DNA of 63,062 nt, filler included, from Reclinomonas americana ATCC 50394 (taxonomy: Eukaryota), in the NCBI GenBank assembly GCA_048213135.1. It is 17 parts of 17 records of this genome, joined end to end, with 100 filler letters (N's around TTAATTAATTAA, not from the genome) between each part and the next. Parts side by side here need not be neighbours in the genome. Positions count along the whole stretch, not along the records: positions 55,038 to 63,062 come from AFZH01017474.1; 16 more parts are not named here. The stretch is one strand, 5' to 3'. This document shows positions 63,013 through 63,062 of the stretch, in pieces; positions within the stretch are counted from its first letter, which is position 1, and every line of letters starts with the position of its first letter. Both the position numbers and the translations under genes were made by a program. The notes under the pieces are model-generated. The model was given only the letters and a program-made list of their open reading frames with translations. It was not told where the DNA came from and searched no databases.

Positions 63013-63062
<50 letters not shown>
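57539..63062 (+). CDS. Membrane-bound hybrid sensor histidine kinase (TM region, HisKA, HATPase_c, receiver); truncated by the window end
   Basis: Hydrophobic exons at 59490-60235; H-box SMSHELRGPL; LVNDFLLFSKLE; N-box NIITNAIK|YT; G1 VVDTGRGVP; G2 STGLG|LSIV; GSTFTL; receiver start RIL|LIDDQMV. Confidence 0.92.
58080..58950. repeat. Degenerate tandem repeat in a histidine kinase intron (GTTGGCGCCCGTTATCTTCTGATCC motif)
   Basis: Motif recurs several times. Confidence 0.75.

Overview
Eukaryotic (protist-like) scaffold with 16 artificial 100-bp gaps (N44-TTAATTAATTAA-N44). Genes are spliced at GT-AG. Introns are either about 50-75 nt or about 0.5-1.5 kb and filled with micro/minisatellites, while many intergenic spacers are tiny. 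Most ORFs in the supplied track are repeat artefacts, so I rebuilt the genes exon by exon by eye. In order: first exon of a PTS2-bearing protein; NB-ARC/STAND-TPR NLR-like protein; WD40/coiled-coil protein; TKL-like kinase with a charged repeat tail; FHA...tandem-BRCT (MDC1-like) protein; translin; GGCT/AIG2-like protein; Rab GDI; a four-gene block; a protein with two Erf4/Golgin-A7-like modules; ADAL-like deaminase; hybrid histidine kinase. The four-gene block (32.4-48.9 kb) is the main finding: zeta-crystallin/Qor reductase (-), AmnD-type 2-aminomuconate deaminase (+), ACMSD (-) and ALDH8A1-type 2-aminomuconate semialdehyde dehydrogenase (+), arranged as two head-to-head pairs. It looks like an intron-rich eukaryotic gene cluster for the lower kynurenine pathway and nominates the Qor protein as the 4-oxalocrotonate to 2-oxoadipate reductase. 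All assignments come from motif recognition; no searches were run.
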